Shown here: positions 46,501 to 53,904 of the stretch, one piece after another
Layout: every line of letters begins with the position of its first letter
Position numbering within the stretch: position 1 is the stretch's first letter
DNA from: a virus
Direction: 5' to 3' (one strand)
Virus record (IMG/VR): IMGVR_UViG_3300032893_000004
Coordinates: 1 to 64,000 of that record
Length of the DNA: 64,000 nt
Made by a program: the position numbers and the translations under genes
Notes under the pieces: generated by a model
Databases searched by the model: none
Told to the model about the DNA's origin: nothing
What the model saw: only the letters and a program-made list of their open reading frames with translations

Positions 46501-47153
46501 GCGCCAGCGGTTGTGCTGAAGGAGACAGCTAAGATCGACGCACCTTGAGCGGTCTGGACCGTGGTATTCGAAGGGATGAACCGGTTACCGCCTTGGGCTA
46601 GCACGACAGTTTCGCCGATGTTGTGGAACTTGGTGGTAGGGCTCGTACCAGCTAGGGTGATGGCCCAGTACGCACCGCCCGCAACCGTCGCGACCGACGT
46701 ATATGTGAGCGGACCTTCTACGTTGGTGGTACCTCGGCCCACGTAGATCTGTCCGCCGCCAGATGGGAACAGAGTCGCATCCGGGACGTAGATTACTAGC
46801 GAGCCAGAAACCGGAGCTGGCTGACCGGCGTACACGTTGGTCGAGATCTTAGTGAAAGACTGATCGATGATAGATACTTGACCGTATGACGAAAAAGCCG
46901 AGTATATCGGTACGTTAGCGTCGTTCGCTTGTCGCTGCAGCGCTTCGCCGGTAGCGCGATTGGCGTTCAAGGCGTCGATCATAGTAATGATGTCGGCCGA
47001 ACTCTTGAACAGGCCTTGAGAGATCGCTTCGGTGATCTGCGTGAAGACGCTACCGTCGTTCAAATCAATATCTTTTCTCAAGCGCGAGCGGATCGCGTCG
47101 ATCAGATTACCATTGATCTGCTCTTTTGAAAGCAATACTGGAATATCAGCCAT
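40599..47153 (-). CDS. giant baseplate J-like protein (2184 aa) with FCCH-like and CBM5/12-like inserts
   Basis: N-terminal ATGEAL...GTIGNV..GAI...AFTNGVDADTDQDI Baseplate_J motifs; C-terminal YVNNLDVGESV...IPGV; two Y..G..V.Y.G..Y...P.TSP..W modules. Confidence 0.85.
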   Translation of the reverse strand: MADIPVLLSKEQINGNLIDAIRSRLRKDIDLNDGSVFTQITEAISQGLFKSSADIITMIDALNANRATGEALQRQANDANVPIYSAFSSYGQVSIIDQSFTKISTNVYAGQPAPVSGSLVIYVPDATLFPSGGGQIYVGRGTTNVEGPLTYTSVATVAGGAYWAITLAGTSPTTKFHNIGETVVLAQGGNRFIPSNTTVQTAQGASILAVSFSTTAGATIPDGEVQVDGVPVICQTPGTIGNVSIGAISEIVGVAFTATVNNPLAFTNGVDADTDQDIQDRIQAYEIAKSKGTDQAIETAVKGLVALDELKKVSSANVITNADNTASLVFSDGQAYEPNFLGAPFETVVDSAVGGEINLQLRQVPVAQARIENTFTGPYAITAGSFLSCIVEGVQTTHQFLASDFLVPSSATAQEIAASINGDINIGWSASTANNGANVVVYPTNVSLNQIAVVVAPSGVDANVALGFPLNPDVTIRLFKNDLPLYEDGVVASINSREQATWASSIATGNTLIYQVDNTPPVTATFTTAAFQAVQQGAIVSASTSLTIWAAVCNSLMPGVITTVNGNVLTFASARGANTAAAISFIGGTLLSQIFDLEAPLEATGTTSDYTLNKWTGQIGLAVSLQPGDKITAGSQYTRGNDLTSPMPDGPGVAGRAWIITDGAAESVPNGLSPNTSITFSKTGTILTISGLTPSLQPQGFDDVSVGDWLIVWANPTDPAPLQSNQGFWRVLSVTTGVVTVDDGPINRMNLNTSIIPTSTRIVFVKSAAPVQLLSFDINPLTTFLGEVQSQLTGTISDIEGSSVRISTATFDSDGQFYVAAVDMNGSVLGLTVGEAFANTPAFYGFVSETDAEAGIPNFTWSALGTAVSDNIFDQPDFEALGSSTSDFLEILERFTSSPLAIVPETNKTNRSLVTFYDPATTYMTLDVPLYMQTGQAVMNATDRFFMRSSYKFYSDDQSTVIVDGNASTESYALPISRQLIVSSYSTPSNQDFSATDNQSSLALSSVSSFYDFDFSNFKIHRQAQATLTNGTYSILVKSADYGPSGNTIRVGLFYPPNVNQTSISSNFGISDVIDAQIYLPVTTVRTPNWDFTTSFTVSVGAPVGGAQTLTYTWEAGTQPNFGSGIGGASVGVGDVVFLSSTGYFLPQNQGFQAKVVAVTNTSFTVTVPLGAYTSDAISFSNILNQNNVVSVTTPSAHGLVSGQRIGFYGTASPDGGATYPFNTTYVVTVTGTNTFTVPTPNSVPDSLIASASLVSNIVTVTTQTNHGLQVGDVVLISGAGLSYNGLAAISAVTASNQFQYVRSGSAASVAIGRVDFQSYLPTAPVSIAIVTASGTLITVNTSSLHGLNPGDITTVAGISISAYASGTTYGVGDIVSYLGNNYISTQTANTGNTPNTSPTWWTITTLNLSGTFVVNSTPTTSQFTYYYQASIGTNTAGTGGTSTELIPSGSMARAIGGSTNENLQFGVVSTTAQQVVDYISQNIPTLLVAAVNNATPNAPITSSTQDNGLSSNYYTATVTSFQTFLTSRRAKVQLSIAAPAGSTITLSGMSTMGGNNYNGTYVVIDTYLDTGLGYMVSVIQLPALASASTVYTPGGTATGSLPMLMLYDGENEVLSSNLQAPATFPMFTAKNAWTSVPTVGEQLRLVATTNEQLVRFWNELVVTGFSNVGEVELTRYGREIQLSTQTFGGSGSVQITGGTANSLEVALVGSGEEPTTKEGYFSVPSALHKGFVVGQWVNLINNITQNKQLGFSETTTVQLNATTLQITGGTGSFQTKRAVNYTAATQLKIEKHGAFVAVVGVGGPSMDLLTNGVQEGDWVRLYDTQETPWVSTTTYASGARVYYGGSNYTSIQNSNTNNEPDTSPSFWQVQEFNASNTGVFQVVRIFGNDTFWIVNANPVEEIVTLGNVANMSFYSYDSVMPGDVLIVTTNVLGTANIGRYTVVDNTFGVGYSFPTSTAIWLTPTITNPSSPVTLGGEFSLVNVQEANPLSLWKRILAMGPGNGNTTNIIVDSPNLTERITSSLSAQAIATSKLNMNTNINLGIDAYKYYIGLIQLITNTIYGVPYDRINFPGWRASGSPINIVPATLLSIKASFAIRIASGVPFTDIIDVVQSAIAGYVNNLDVGESVSISAMIAAASTIPGVTSVTVTSPTFSSSSDLIAVNANEQAYVINPTTDITITLLT

Positions 47154-47176
47154 TTGAGTCCTTGCGAGATGCCCTA

Positions 47177-47185
47177 AAGATTAGG
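47177..47185 (-). promoter_or_regulatory. putative late promoter motif CCTAATCTT
   Basis: Intergenic, 24 nt upstream of baseplate J start. Confidence 0.7.
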
Positions 47186-47186
47186 C

Positions 47187-49778
47187 TCATCTCGGCAGTG
47201 CCGCACGCACGGGAAGCGTTATATTCGTATCCGCGATCTTGATCAGGAGGCTCACCACTACCGCCGGCCCCGTGATCTGAACCTCGCCGGCTAGAAGCCC
47301 GCCGAAGCGCGGATCCTGCTTAAAGGCCAGATTCAGAGCATTCAAAACGTCCTGCGCCGATATGTCGGCTGTCGAGATACCAGCGTCTAGCGGGTTGCCG
47401 TACGAAGGCAGCTGAAGCAGGCTGTTGACCTTCGTCTGGATCTTGATCGTCGCCGCTTGAAGCAGATTCGTGTATCCATAGGACAAGGACACGTCGCCGC
47501 CTCCAGTTATCACGAGATCTCCGGTCTGATCGAGGAGCAGGTCCACCTTAGCCATCTGCGCTATGCCGTCCAGCTCTGCTATTTCCGGAGAAGTCTTGAA
47601 GTTCGTGTTGAACGTCGGCGGCGTAGTCGAAGGGATCGCTATCAGCATGCCGGGAGACACCGTGTCCGGAGCGTAGGCTAGTATGAACGCACCTTCGGTA
47701 GGCTGGTAGGTCGTCAGGTCGGTGTTAGACGCCGCGAAGGTCACGATAGTTTGCGTGTTCGAGACCACGTCGATCGAGATGATCTTCTGCTGAGTATCTG
47801 TCACCGTCGGAGATTGAACGTACACGATTTGCCCGATGTAGAGCTGCATGCGGTCGGCGATGATCAGGCTGTTTCCGCCCGGACTACCTATGATGGGTAT
47901 CTGATAACCTACCTCGTCGACGTACGGTTGCTTCAGCGCGTTCAAAGCTGCGATCTCGATCCAGCGCTCCGGTGCTCCGAGGTACTGTGTTGCCAGCTGC
48001 TCAAGGGATCCGTCCATAGGAAACGGTACGAAGAAGCGCGAGATATTGTTGTTGTCGAAGCGTAGGCCTTGAGTGATCGCGTAATCCGAGTAGAACTGAT
48101 AGTAGTCTTGGACGTTGTTGGCCTCATTCAGATCCATCATCGCGATGAAGCTGTCGATCTGCGTCAGAATATCGTTGATATTGTTGAGCAGAATGATGTC
48201 CGTGACAGTCAGCTTCTTGTAGTTCACCGGCGGCGGTGGCAGTCCTTTGATGGCGTTGTATGTGGCTGATCCGCCGCCCAGTGCGGTAGAGATGGAAGTG
48301 GCATAGTCCTGAATCGAGTTCCTCATGTTGATCAGGTCCTTCGCCTTGAACTGCAACGTAGTCTGCGTGATGGAGTTGAGCTGGTTTGTTATCGCGTTCG
48401 ACAGACCCATATCTTCTATCGGAAAGTTCGAGAACACCTGAGGATAGTTCGCCGGGTTAGCGAACAGAACGTTGAGCGGGTCAGACGAATCACCAGAGTA
48501 CTGGAACTGATCCGCTAAGCCGGAATTCAGCTGAGCCTGAGCCGACGTGTTCATCGCAGAGATAGGCTTACCGCCAGCAGTGACGCCGCCGACCAGTCCA
48601 ACCGTTCCTATCTGGGCGATCGTAGCTGCCACCTGCTGCATCGCAGGCGAGTTCTTGTTGGCCGTGAAGTACGAATTGAAGTCTGCTTTCATGGCGCTGA
48701 GGGTGCTTCCGCTGAAGGCGAAGTCGTACATATTCGTAGCGAGTCCTACGAGATCCTTGCCGAGGAGGACTATCTGCCCGATCGGCGCGGTGAAGGAATC
48801 GTTGATGTCGTTCCGGATACCGCTCATGACGTTGTTCGACTGCGCCACCAGCGTCCTAGCCTGATTGATGCCATTGATGATATTCGATAAGGTGTTGGAA
48901 GTGGCCGACGCGTTGATCTTGCTCTTTAAGTTGTTCGAACCAGGACTCAATCCGGGCAAGGTCGGCTCGCGGCGATAAGCCGTCAAATTTATCGTATACT
49001 GATACTCCACCGTGCCGGCAGCCTTGTTGATCGTCCAATTGCCGAGGCTGCAGGCGTAGTACTTCTTGTCCTTATTCATGATGAAGTACAGGCGCCAGCC
49101 CTTGTTAAGGGCCTGCTTCTTGCCTGCTTGGTAGAAGTCGAGGAACCGGTCGAGATCGTTAATTGACTGATAGCCGGTCAGCATGTTGACGATGTTGTCG
49201 TTCGTGAAGTTGAGCGGTCCCGTGAACTGCTGCGTAGCGCCCGTGAAAGCGCTGACGGTCTTCGCAGCCTGGTTGACTACTCCGTTGACGGCTGAGATCG
49301 TATTCTTGAAAGCGTACTCCAGAGAACGGACGATGTCGCCAGGCACGTTTGCCGTGGCGTTCGACTGAGTATTAAGAGTCGGGGCCGTTCCGGTCGTTCC
49401 GGAAATAACGATCGGGCGAAAAGGCGAGCCGTTGTGAGTTTCGTAGATTCCTTTCATCGTAGCTTCGAGCACGTTCGCGGACGGATTCTGTATAGAAATA
49501 TTCTGCGGATTGATCGGGAACACGTACTTCGCGATGGTATTGTCGGTCACCACATCTCTGATCCAGAGTTCGTATCCGTACGACTTGTTGAAGTCCATTT
49601 GATTGAGCTGGACGAACCGGAAGAACAGGTCTTGAGAATCGAGAGTTTTGGAAATATCAGTCGAAGCGTTCAGTACCATCTCTGGTGTGGTAGCCTGAGA
49701 GACGCCTGGCTGCCGAGTCAGGTCCGCAGGCGAGCTGCCGAGCGCGTTGTTTATGACCTGGGTAAGATCGAAGCTCAC
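47187..49778 (-). CDS. baseplate protein: tube-initiator-like + LysM-like + gp25-like domains
   Basis: FPINPQNISI; SLEQLATQYLGAPERWIEIAALN; GDVSLSYGYTNLLQA...PSYG...QDPRF. Confidence 0.7.
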   Translation of the reverse strand: MSFDLTQVINNALGSSPADLTRQPGVSQATTPEMVLNASTDISKTLDSQDLFFRFVQLNQMDFNKSYGYELWIRDVVTDNTIAKYVFPINPQNISIQNPSANVLEATMKGIYETHNGSPFRPIVISGTTGTAPTLNTQSNATANVPGDIVRSLEYAFKNTISAVNGVVNQAAKTVSAFTGATQQFTGPLNFTNDNIVNMLTGYQSINDLDRFLDFYQAGKKQALNKGWRLYFIMNKDKKYYACSLGNWTINKAAGTVEYQYTINLTAYRREPTLPGLSPGSNNLKSKINASATSNTLSNIINGINQARTLVAQSNNVMSGIRNDINDSFTAPIGQIVLLGKDLVGLATNMYDFAFSGSTLSAMKADFNSYFTANKNSPAMQQVAATIAQIGTVGLVGGVTAGGKPISAMNTSAQAQLNSGLADQFQYSGDSSDPLNVLFANPANYPQVFSNFPIEDMGLSNAITNQLNSITQTTLQFKAKDLINMRNSIQDYATSISTALGGGSATYNAIKGLPPPPVNYKKLTVTDIILLNNINDILTQIDSFIAMMDLNEANNVQDYYQFYSDYAITQGLRFDNNNISRFFVPFPMDGSLEQLATQYLGAPERWIEIAALNALKQPYVDEVGYQIPIIGSPGGNSLIIADRMQLYIGQIVYVQSPTVTDTQQKIISIDVVSNTQTIVTFAASNTDLTTYQPTEGAFILAYAPDTVSPGMLIAIPSTTPPTFNTNFKTSPEIAELDGIAQMAKVDLLLDQTGDLVITGGGDVSLSYGYTNLLQAATIKIQTKVNSLLQLPSYGNPLDAGISTADISAQDVLNALNLAFKQDPRFGGLLAGEVQITGPAVVVSLLIKIADTNITLPVRAALPR

Positions 49779-50380
49779 GATATTTCTCCTCGGCCAGCGC
49801 CGGATCCTGCACCGGGTGTCGGTACGTCGGGGCTACCAACGATCGTTAAGACGCCGGTTCCTTGAGTCAAGATGCCGAAAGATACCCCAGCTGCTACCGC
49901 AGCCGCGAAGTCCATGCGATGGTTACCTTTCCCGGACAGAGAGTTGTAGATGTTGGTCGCCATCTCCGATTCTGAAACCGTAATCGAGCCGACAACTATC
50001 TCGCCTTCGCCGGCGTATACAGGCGTATCGACCGATACGAGCTGTGCCGATGACATCAGATGCTGGACGGTAGCCTGCATGATAGCATCCGCCGTACGCT
50101 TCGCATTCTTCCCTAGCGAGCGTGACGGATCCTTGAGTTGCATCTGCATCTTCGCGAGAGTAACCTTAGTCATGCTGTCTGGGTCCATACCGGTTATCCC
50201 GACTCCTGTACCGGCGCCTGTGCCGGGAACACCGCCGATATCGATGGTCGTAAACGACTTCCCTACGATGCTCATAGCTATCCCGGACGCGATCTCGTTC
50301 GCGAACTTGCCTGCGTTCTTGCCGGAAGCGTTCATGTTGGATCTGATCAAGCTAGCGAGCGTGTCAGCGTTGATGCTCAT
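49775..50380 (-). CDS. baseplate-associated protein with two internal repeats
   Basis: Start ATG 50380; Gly-rich GTGAG/GAGRG ends; position after spike gene. Confidence 0.65.
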   Translation of the reverse strand: MSINADTLASLIRSNMNASGKNAGKFANEIASGIAMSIVGKSFTTIDIGGVPGTGAGTGVGITGMDPDSMTKVTLAKMQMQLKDPSRSLGKNAKRTADAIMQATVQHLMSSAQLVSVDTPVYAGEGEIVVGSITVSESEMATNIYNSLSGKGNHRMDFAAAVAAGVSFGILTQGTGVLTIVGSPDVPTPGAGSGAGRGEIS

Positions 50381-51009
50381 AGATTTATCCCCAGCTCTTC
50401 CAAGCCTCTTCTGTCTAACAGTTTCAAAGGTATCATCGCAGAAGCTTCGGTGAACTTCTGCTCGGCATCCTTGCGGAAATAGCCTTTGATCTCTACGTAG
50501 GTCTTCCATTCTGGAACATAAAAATCTGGAGTATAAAATCCGACGGACGTTTCGAAAGCTTCCGGCTCATACGACCAACTGATGCCAAGATCGTTTAGAT
50601 ATTTCGCGAAAGCGACTTCCCACGATGACCGGAATCTCGTACCTTCGTATTCGATGCGTTTTACGCCAGGATTATTGAATTTATGCCGACACTTGTTGGA
50701 ACAATATTTTGCGGTTTGTGCGCGATATTTGTTAACCGAAAAAGTTTGACCGCATTTACACTGTATTTCTATGCGTCCCTTAAAATTGGGATTGTTCGAA
50801 CCGTCGAACGAAGGTCTAGCGGCAACTATCTTGGCAGCCACTGATTTTCTCTCAGGAGAAGATTGGTAACAGTCTTTGCACATGCCGTAGACATTTCTTA
50901 AAGCGGAAAGCTTACGAATTCTGCTATCAGTGTGACACGCATTGCACTGGAATAATACGGTCACATATCCTTTTGAACGGTCGTACTGTTCGGTATTCGA
51001 TATAATCAT
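50377..51009 (-). CDS. putative homing endonuclease, zinc ribbons + PD-(D/E)xK domain
   Basis: CxxC pairs; FRSSWE...YEPEAF...YTPDFY...VEIKGY; AT-rich. Confidence 0.8.
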   Translation of the reverse strand: MIISNTEQYDRSKGYVTVLFQCNACHTDSRIRKLSALRNVYGMCKDCYQSSPERKSVAAKIVAARPSFDGSNNPNFKGRIEIQCKCGQTFSVNKYRAQTAKYCSNKCRHKFNNPGVKRIEYEGTRFRSSWEVAFAKYLNDLGISWSYEPEAFETSVGFYTPDFYVPEWKTYVEIKGYFRKDAEQKFTEASAMIPLKLLDRRGLEELGINL

Positions 51010-51010
51010 A

Positions 51011-51715
51011 TCAACCAGCCACCACCGTCGGCACACCAACCGAGGGCTCTCCGTAGATACTATCAATTACGTCCATAGTCACCGTAGTCAGCACTTGTCC
51101 CGAATCGCCGTTCAGCTGTATCATGCCGCCTTGAATGACCACGTTACCTGAGGCATTCACGTTTGCGTTGGCGGCTTTCACGTCAGCATCTCCCGATATC
51201 TGAAAAGTAGCGTTGCCCTGCACGTTGACCGTAAACGTATTCGCGTTGATCGTGATCGTCTTAGCGGTCTTATCTATCGTGATACTCTCGCCGGAAGCAT
51301 CGTCTAGTATGATCGTGCTGGTATTTATCTGAAGATTAGGACCTGCGTCGGACGTCACAGAGTAGTTGAAGTTCTGATCGATGTACTGGACGACCTTGTT
51401 GAATCGCCGCCGCCAGTGCCTGCCGAGACTCGGATTCTGAGGAACCACGTAGTTTCTGGTACTCTCGGTTATCACTCCGAGCGATCTGTCGCCTCGCGGG
51501 AACTTAACCATCACCTTGTCGGATACCTGCATTATCATGTCGTCGAAGTCGTCTCGCGATCCGAACTCATCCTTGCGGATACATCTGCACGGTATGGAAG
51601 CGTAGCCGTCGCCCGTGACTACGACCTGGTACTCGTATTGGGTTTTACCTACGTTCCGGATGTCGGTCGGAGGGTACACTTCTGATATCATACCGAAGTA
51701 GTAGCCGTGCATCAT
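51011..51715 (-). CDS. baseplate central spike (gpV/gp5-like)
   Basis: OB-fold-like N-terminus, beta-helix repeats (VNVQGNATFQISGDADVKA), IQLN motif. Confidence 0.75.
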   Translation of the reverse strand: MMHGYYFGMISEVYPPTDIRNVGKTQYEYQVVVTGDGYASIPCRCIRKDEFGSRDDFDDMIMQVSDKVMVKFPRGDRSLGVITESTRNYVVPQNPSLGRHWRRRFNKVVQYIDQNFNYSVTSDAGPNLQINTSTIILDDASGESITIDKTAKTITINANTFTVNVQGNATFQISGDADVKAANANVNASGNVVIQGGMIQLNGDSGQVLTTVTMDVIDSIYGEPSVGVPTVVAG

Positions 51716-53904
51716 GTGGAATCACCGTCGCGTTTCTTGGAGTCGCCCGTGGGAGCACGGTCTTTCCGGGCGCCTGTATTCTCCACGTCCGTAAATCCGG
51801 GCAGTTTTTGGATGTTGACGTTCTTGTCGGTTGTATCGAGTTCGGCGTTGCCAACCGGGTACGTCGGAATACCCTTCTTGGTATCCAGCGACGAAGCGAC
51901 GATACCATTTGAAAGAGTAAGCGTAGTCGTGAAAGACTTCTGACCGTTTGGGCTCAGAGAGCCGGAATGACTTACAGATTCGATGTGAAACAGAACTCCG
52001 CGAATCTGACAGTTGTCACCTTCGACTATCGGTTCCTGCACGCCTTGGAGAGTCACTGTTCCGTAGAGCTTGAGATGACCGTTGAATAGCCAGTCCGCTC
52101 TCTGGCGGCACAGTATCGGCGTGATCGTACCGAGATTGTTCGATACAACATCGTAGTTCGTCTCGGTGATATCGGCTCGGAGTCCGTGGCGGTGTATATC
52201 CTTGTTGTCTGCCACATAGTTCGGAGCTGAGAACTGAGCGATCTTGAGTATCTCCTGAGATACGTTCAGGTTGTTCATCTCAAGGCCGACTGACCTACCC
52301 CACACCTGCACGAAGTTGATCCTTCGACTCTCGGAAGGCGATACGTTCAAAGTTTTTATCACGGAATCGTCTATGATCCAGCGAGGCAAGTTATTGAACA
52401 TCGTACGAGACGCGATTTCAGGAGCTGTCGAGAGAATGCTGTCGTAGTCTTTGCCATACGTGAGAGCGTCCGAATCTTGGACAGACAGATTTTTTCGTAT
52501 AGAAGATACGCCGGCCGACTCCTGATTTCCTTGATCGGTCGACACCGTGAACTGCGGAGCAGTCTTGTACAGATAGTTGAACAGATTCGTGCTGAACGGC
52601 TTTTCCCGCACGATCAGAGCCGGGAGGATGAACCCGTCTCTGTTGATACGAAGAGCTGTGTACATCTCGTTCACGACCGGATTCAAGAACTGGCTGAAGA
52701 TGTTCCAGTAACTGTTGTTGTCCCATATCGGAGGGACCAGGAACGGAACGAATCCTTTGCAGCGCGTGTCTGTCCGGTAGATGTTGGAACCGACGACTTG
52801 CGTCTCCGGGGTGAAGTTGGAAGGCGAGAAGTCGCGCCACACCCTGTGTCCGCTGGAAGCGTACTTCTGGAGACCTAGGTACAGGTTGTATATCTGCCAG
52901 AGCTTCGAAGCTCTCAGACCCAGGATCGTAGACACGCTCTTAGGAATCGCTATGGCGTCCGAGAACGTTCCTTGCGCGTTCGGTATGGCTTGTCCTACTG
53001 ATCCGTTAGCCTGAGGATTCAGGAAATTCTTGTTCGTGTCAACTCCCATCAGCAAGATGAACAGTAAACCTATGATCGCTTCCGGAGAAGTACTCTGTAT
53101 CTGCTCTTTGCCGTCGATCGTGCGGTAGAAGTTAAGGAACGCCTTGGACAGGTTCGTGAGAGCCGCTTCGAGTCCGCTCGATACCCCATCCGGCGGCGCA
53201 GAGGTGGGCCGAGCAAGAGTATTGTCAGCTGATATGGAATCGATCTCTCGGGTATAGAAGCTCTCGGCGGCGGCCGCCTGCGACAGGGCTCCCTCTGCTG
53301 TCACGATCGTCTGAGATACGAACGTATAATATACGGAGGTAGCCAGCTCGACGAATGCCTGACACGAGATCGTCTGTCCTAGTACTCGCTGTCCGCCGGC
53401 CGTGATCAAGTCGGCTGACGGAACAGCCATGACGCGGCCGACGAACTTGAGGCCGGACTGCCAGGTATTCATGCCTCGATTCTGGCTCGTGTTCGTGGCA
53501 GTAAGATATCGCGGTACGCCGCCTTCTGTTCCGAGTAGCTGATCGAGTATGTTGTCTATGTCGTCCTGGTAGTTGGCCATCCACACGAATACCCAGTCAC
53601 CTGGAGCAACCGCATTCTGGTAATAGATCTCGCCTATCTTCATCTGGATATCGCACATCTTGCCTAGGGAAGACTTCTCGTTCGAGACCGTGACGTTCAC
53701 GCAGTCGTTCTCTACCACCAAGATCTTTCTCTCTGCCATAGGATCATCTTGCGGTTGTATGAACATCGCGCCCGGCGTCTTGAACCTCACGAAAGCCACG
53801 CACCACGACGGATTTCGATCTTTCTTCGGAAGAGCCGTGTCGGCATTCCACGAGCCGTTGGCGGTATCCACCGCCGTGATCACGTACTTCGGCGTACTCA
53901 TCAT
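51712..53904 (-). CDS. baseplate hub protein (gp27-like)
   Basis: Between tape measure and spike; C-terminal GTVTLQG...FHIESVSHS...TTTLTL. Confidence 0.7.
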   Translation of the reverse strand: MMSTPKYVITAVDTANGSWNADTALPKKDRNPSWCVAFVRFKTPGAMFIQPQDDPMAERKILVVENDCVNVTVSNEKSSLGKMCDIQMKIGEIYYQNAVAPGDWVFVWMANYQDDIDNILDQLLGTEGGVPRYLTATNTSQNRGMNTWQSGLKFVGRVMAVPSADLITAGGQRVLGQTISCQAFVELATSVYYTFVSQTIVTAEGALSQAAAAESFYTREIDSISADNTLARPTSAPPDGVSSGLEAALTNLSKAFLNFYRTIDGKEQIQSTSPEAIIGLLFILLMGVDTNKNFLNPQANGSVGQAIPNAQGTFSDAIAIPKSVSTILGLRASKLWQIYNLYLGLQKYASSGHRVWRDFSPSNFTPETQVVGSNIYRTDTRCKGFVPFLVPPIWDNNSYWNIFSQFLNPVVNEMYTALRINRDGFILPALIVREKPFSTNLFNYLYKTAPQFTVSTDQGNQESAGVSSIRKNLSVQDSDALTYGKDYDSILSTAPEIASRTMFNNLPRWIIDDSVIKTLNVSPSESRRINFVQVWGRSVGLEMNNLNVSQEILKIAQFSAPNYVADNKDIHRHGLRADITETNYDVVSNNLGTITPILCRQRADWLFNGHLKLYGTVTLQGVQEPIVEGDNCQIRGVLFHIESVSHSGSLSPNGQKSFTTTLTLSNGIVASSLDTKKGIPTYPVGNAELDTTDKNVNIQKLPGFTDVENTGARKDRAPTGDSKKRDGDST

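Noticed and set aside
51332-51340. Late promoter motif inside the spike gene
   Set aside because: Mid-CDS and over 300 nt from the next start; may be the chance copy, so not listed as a feature.
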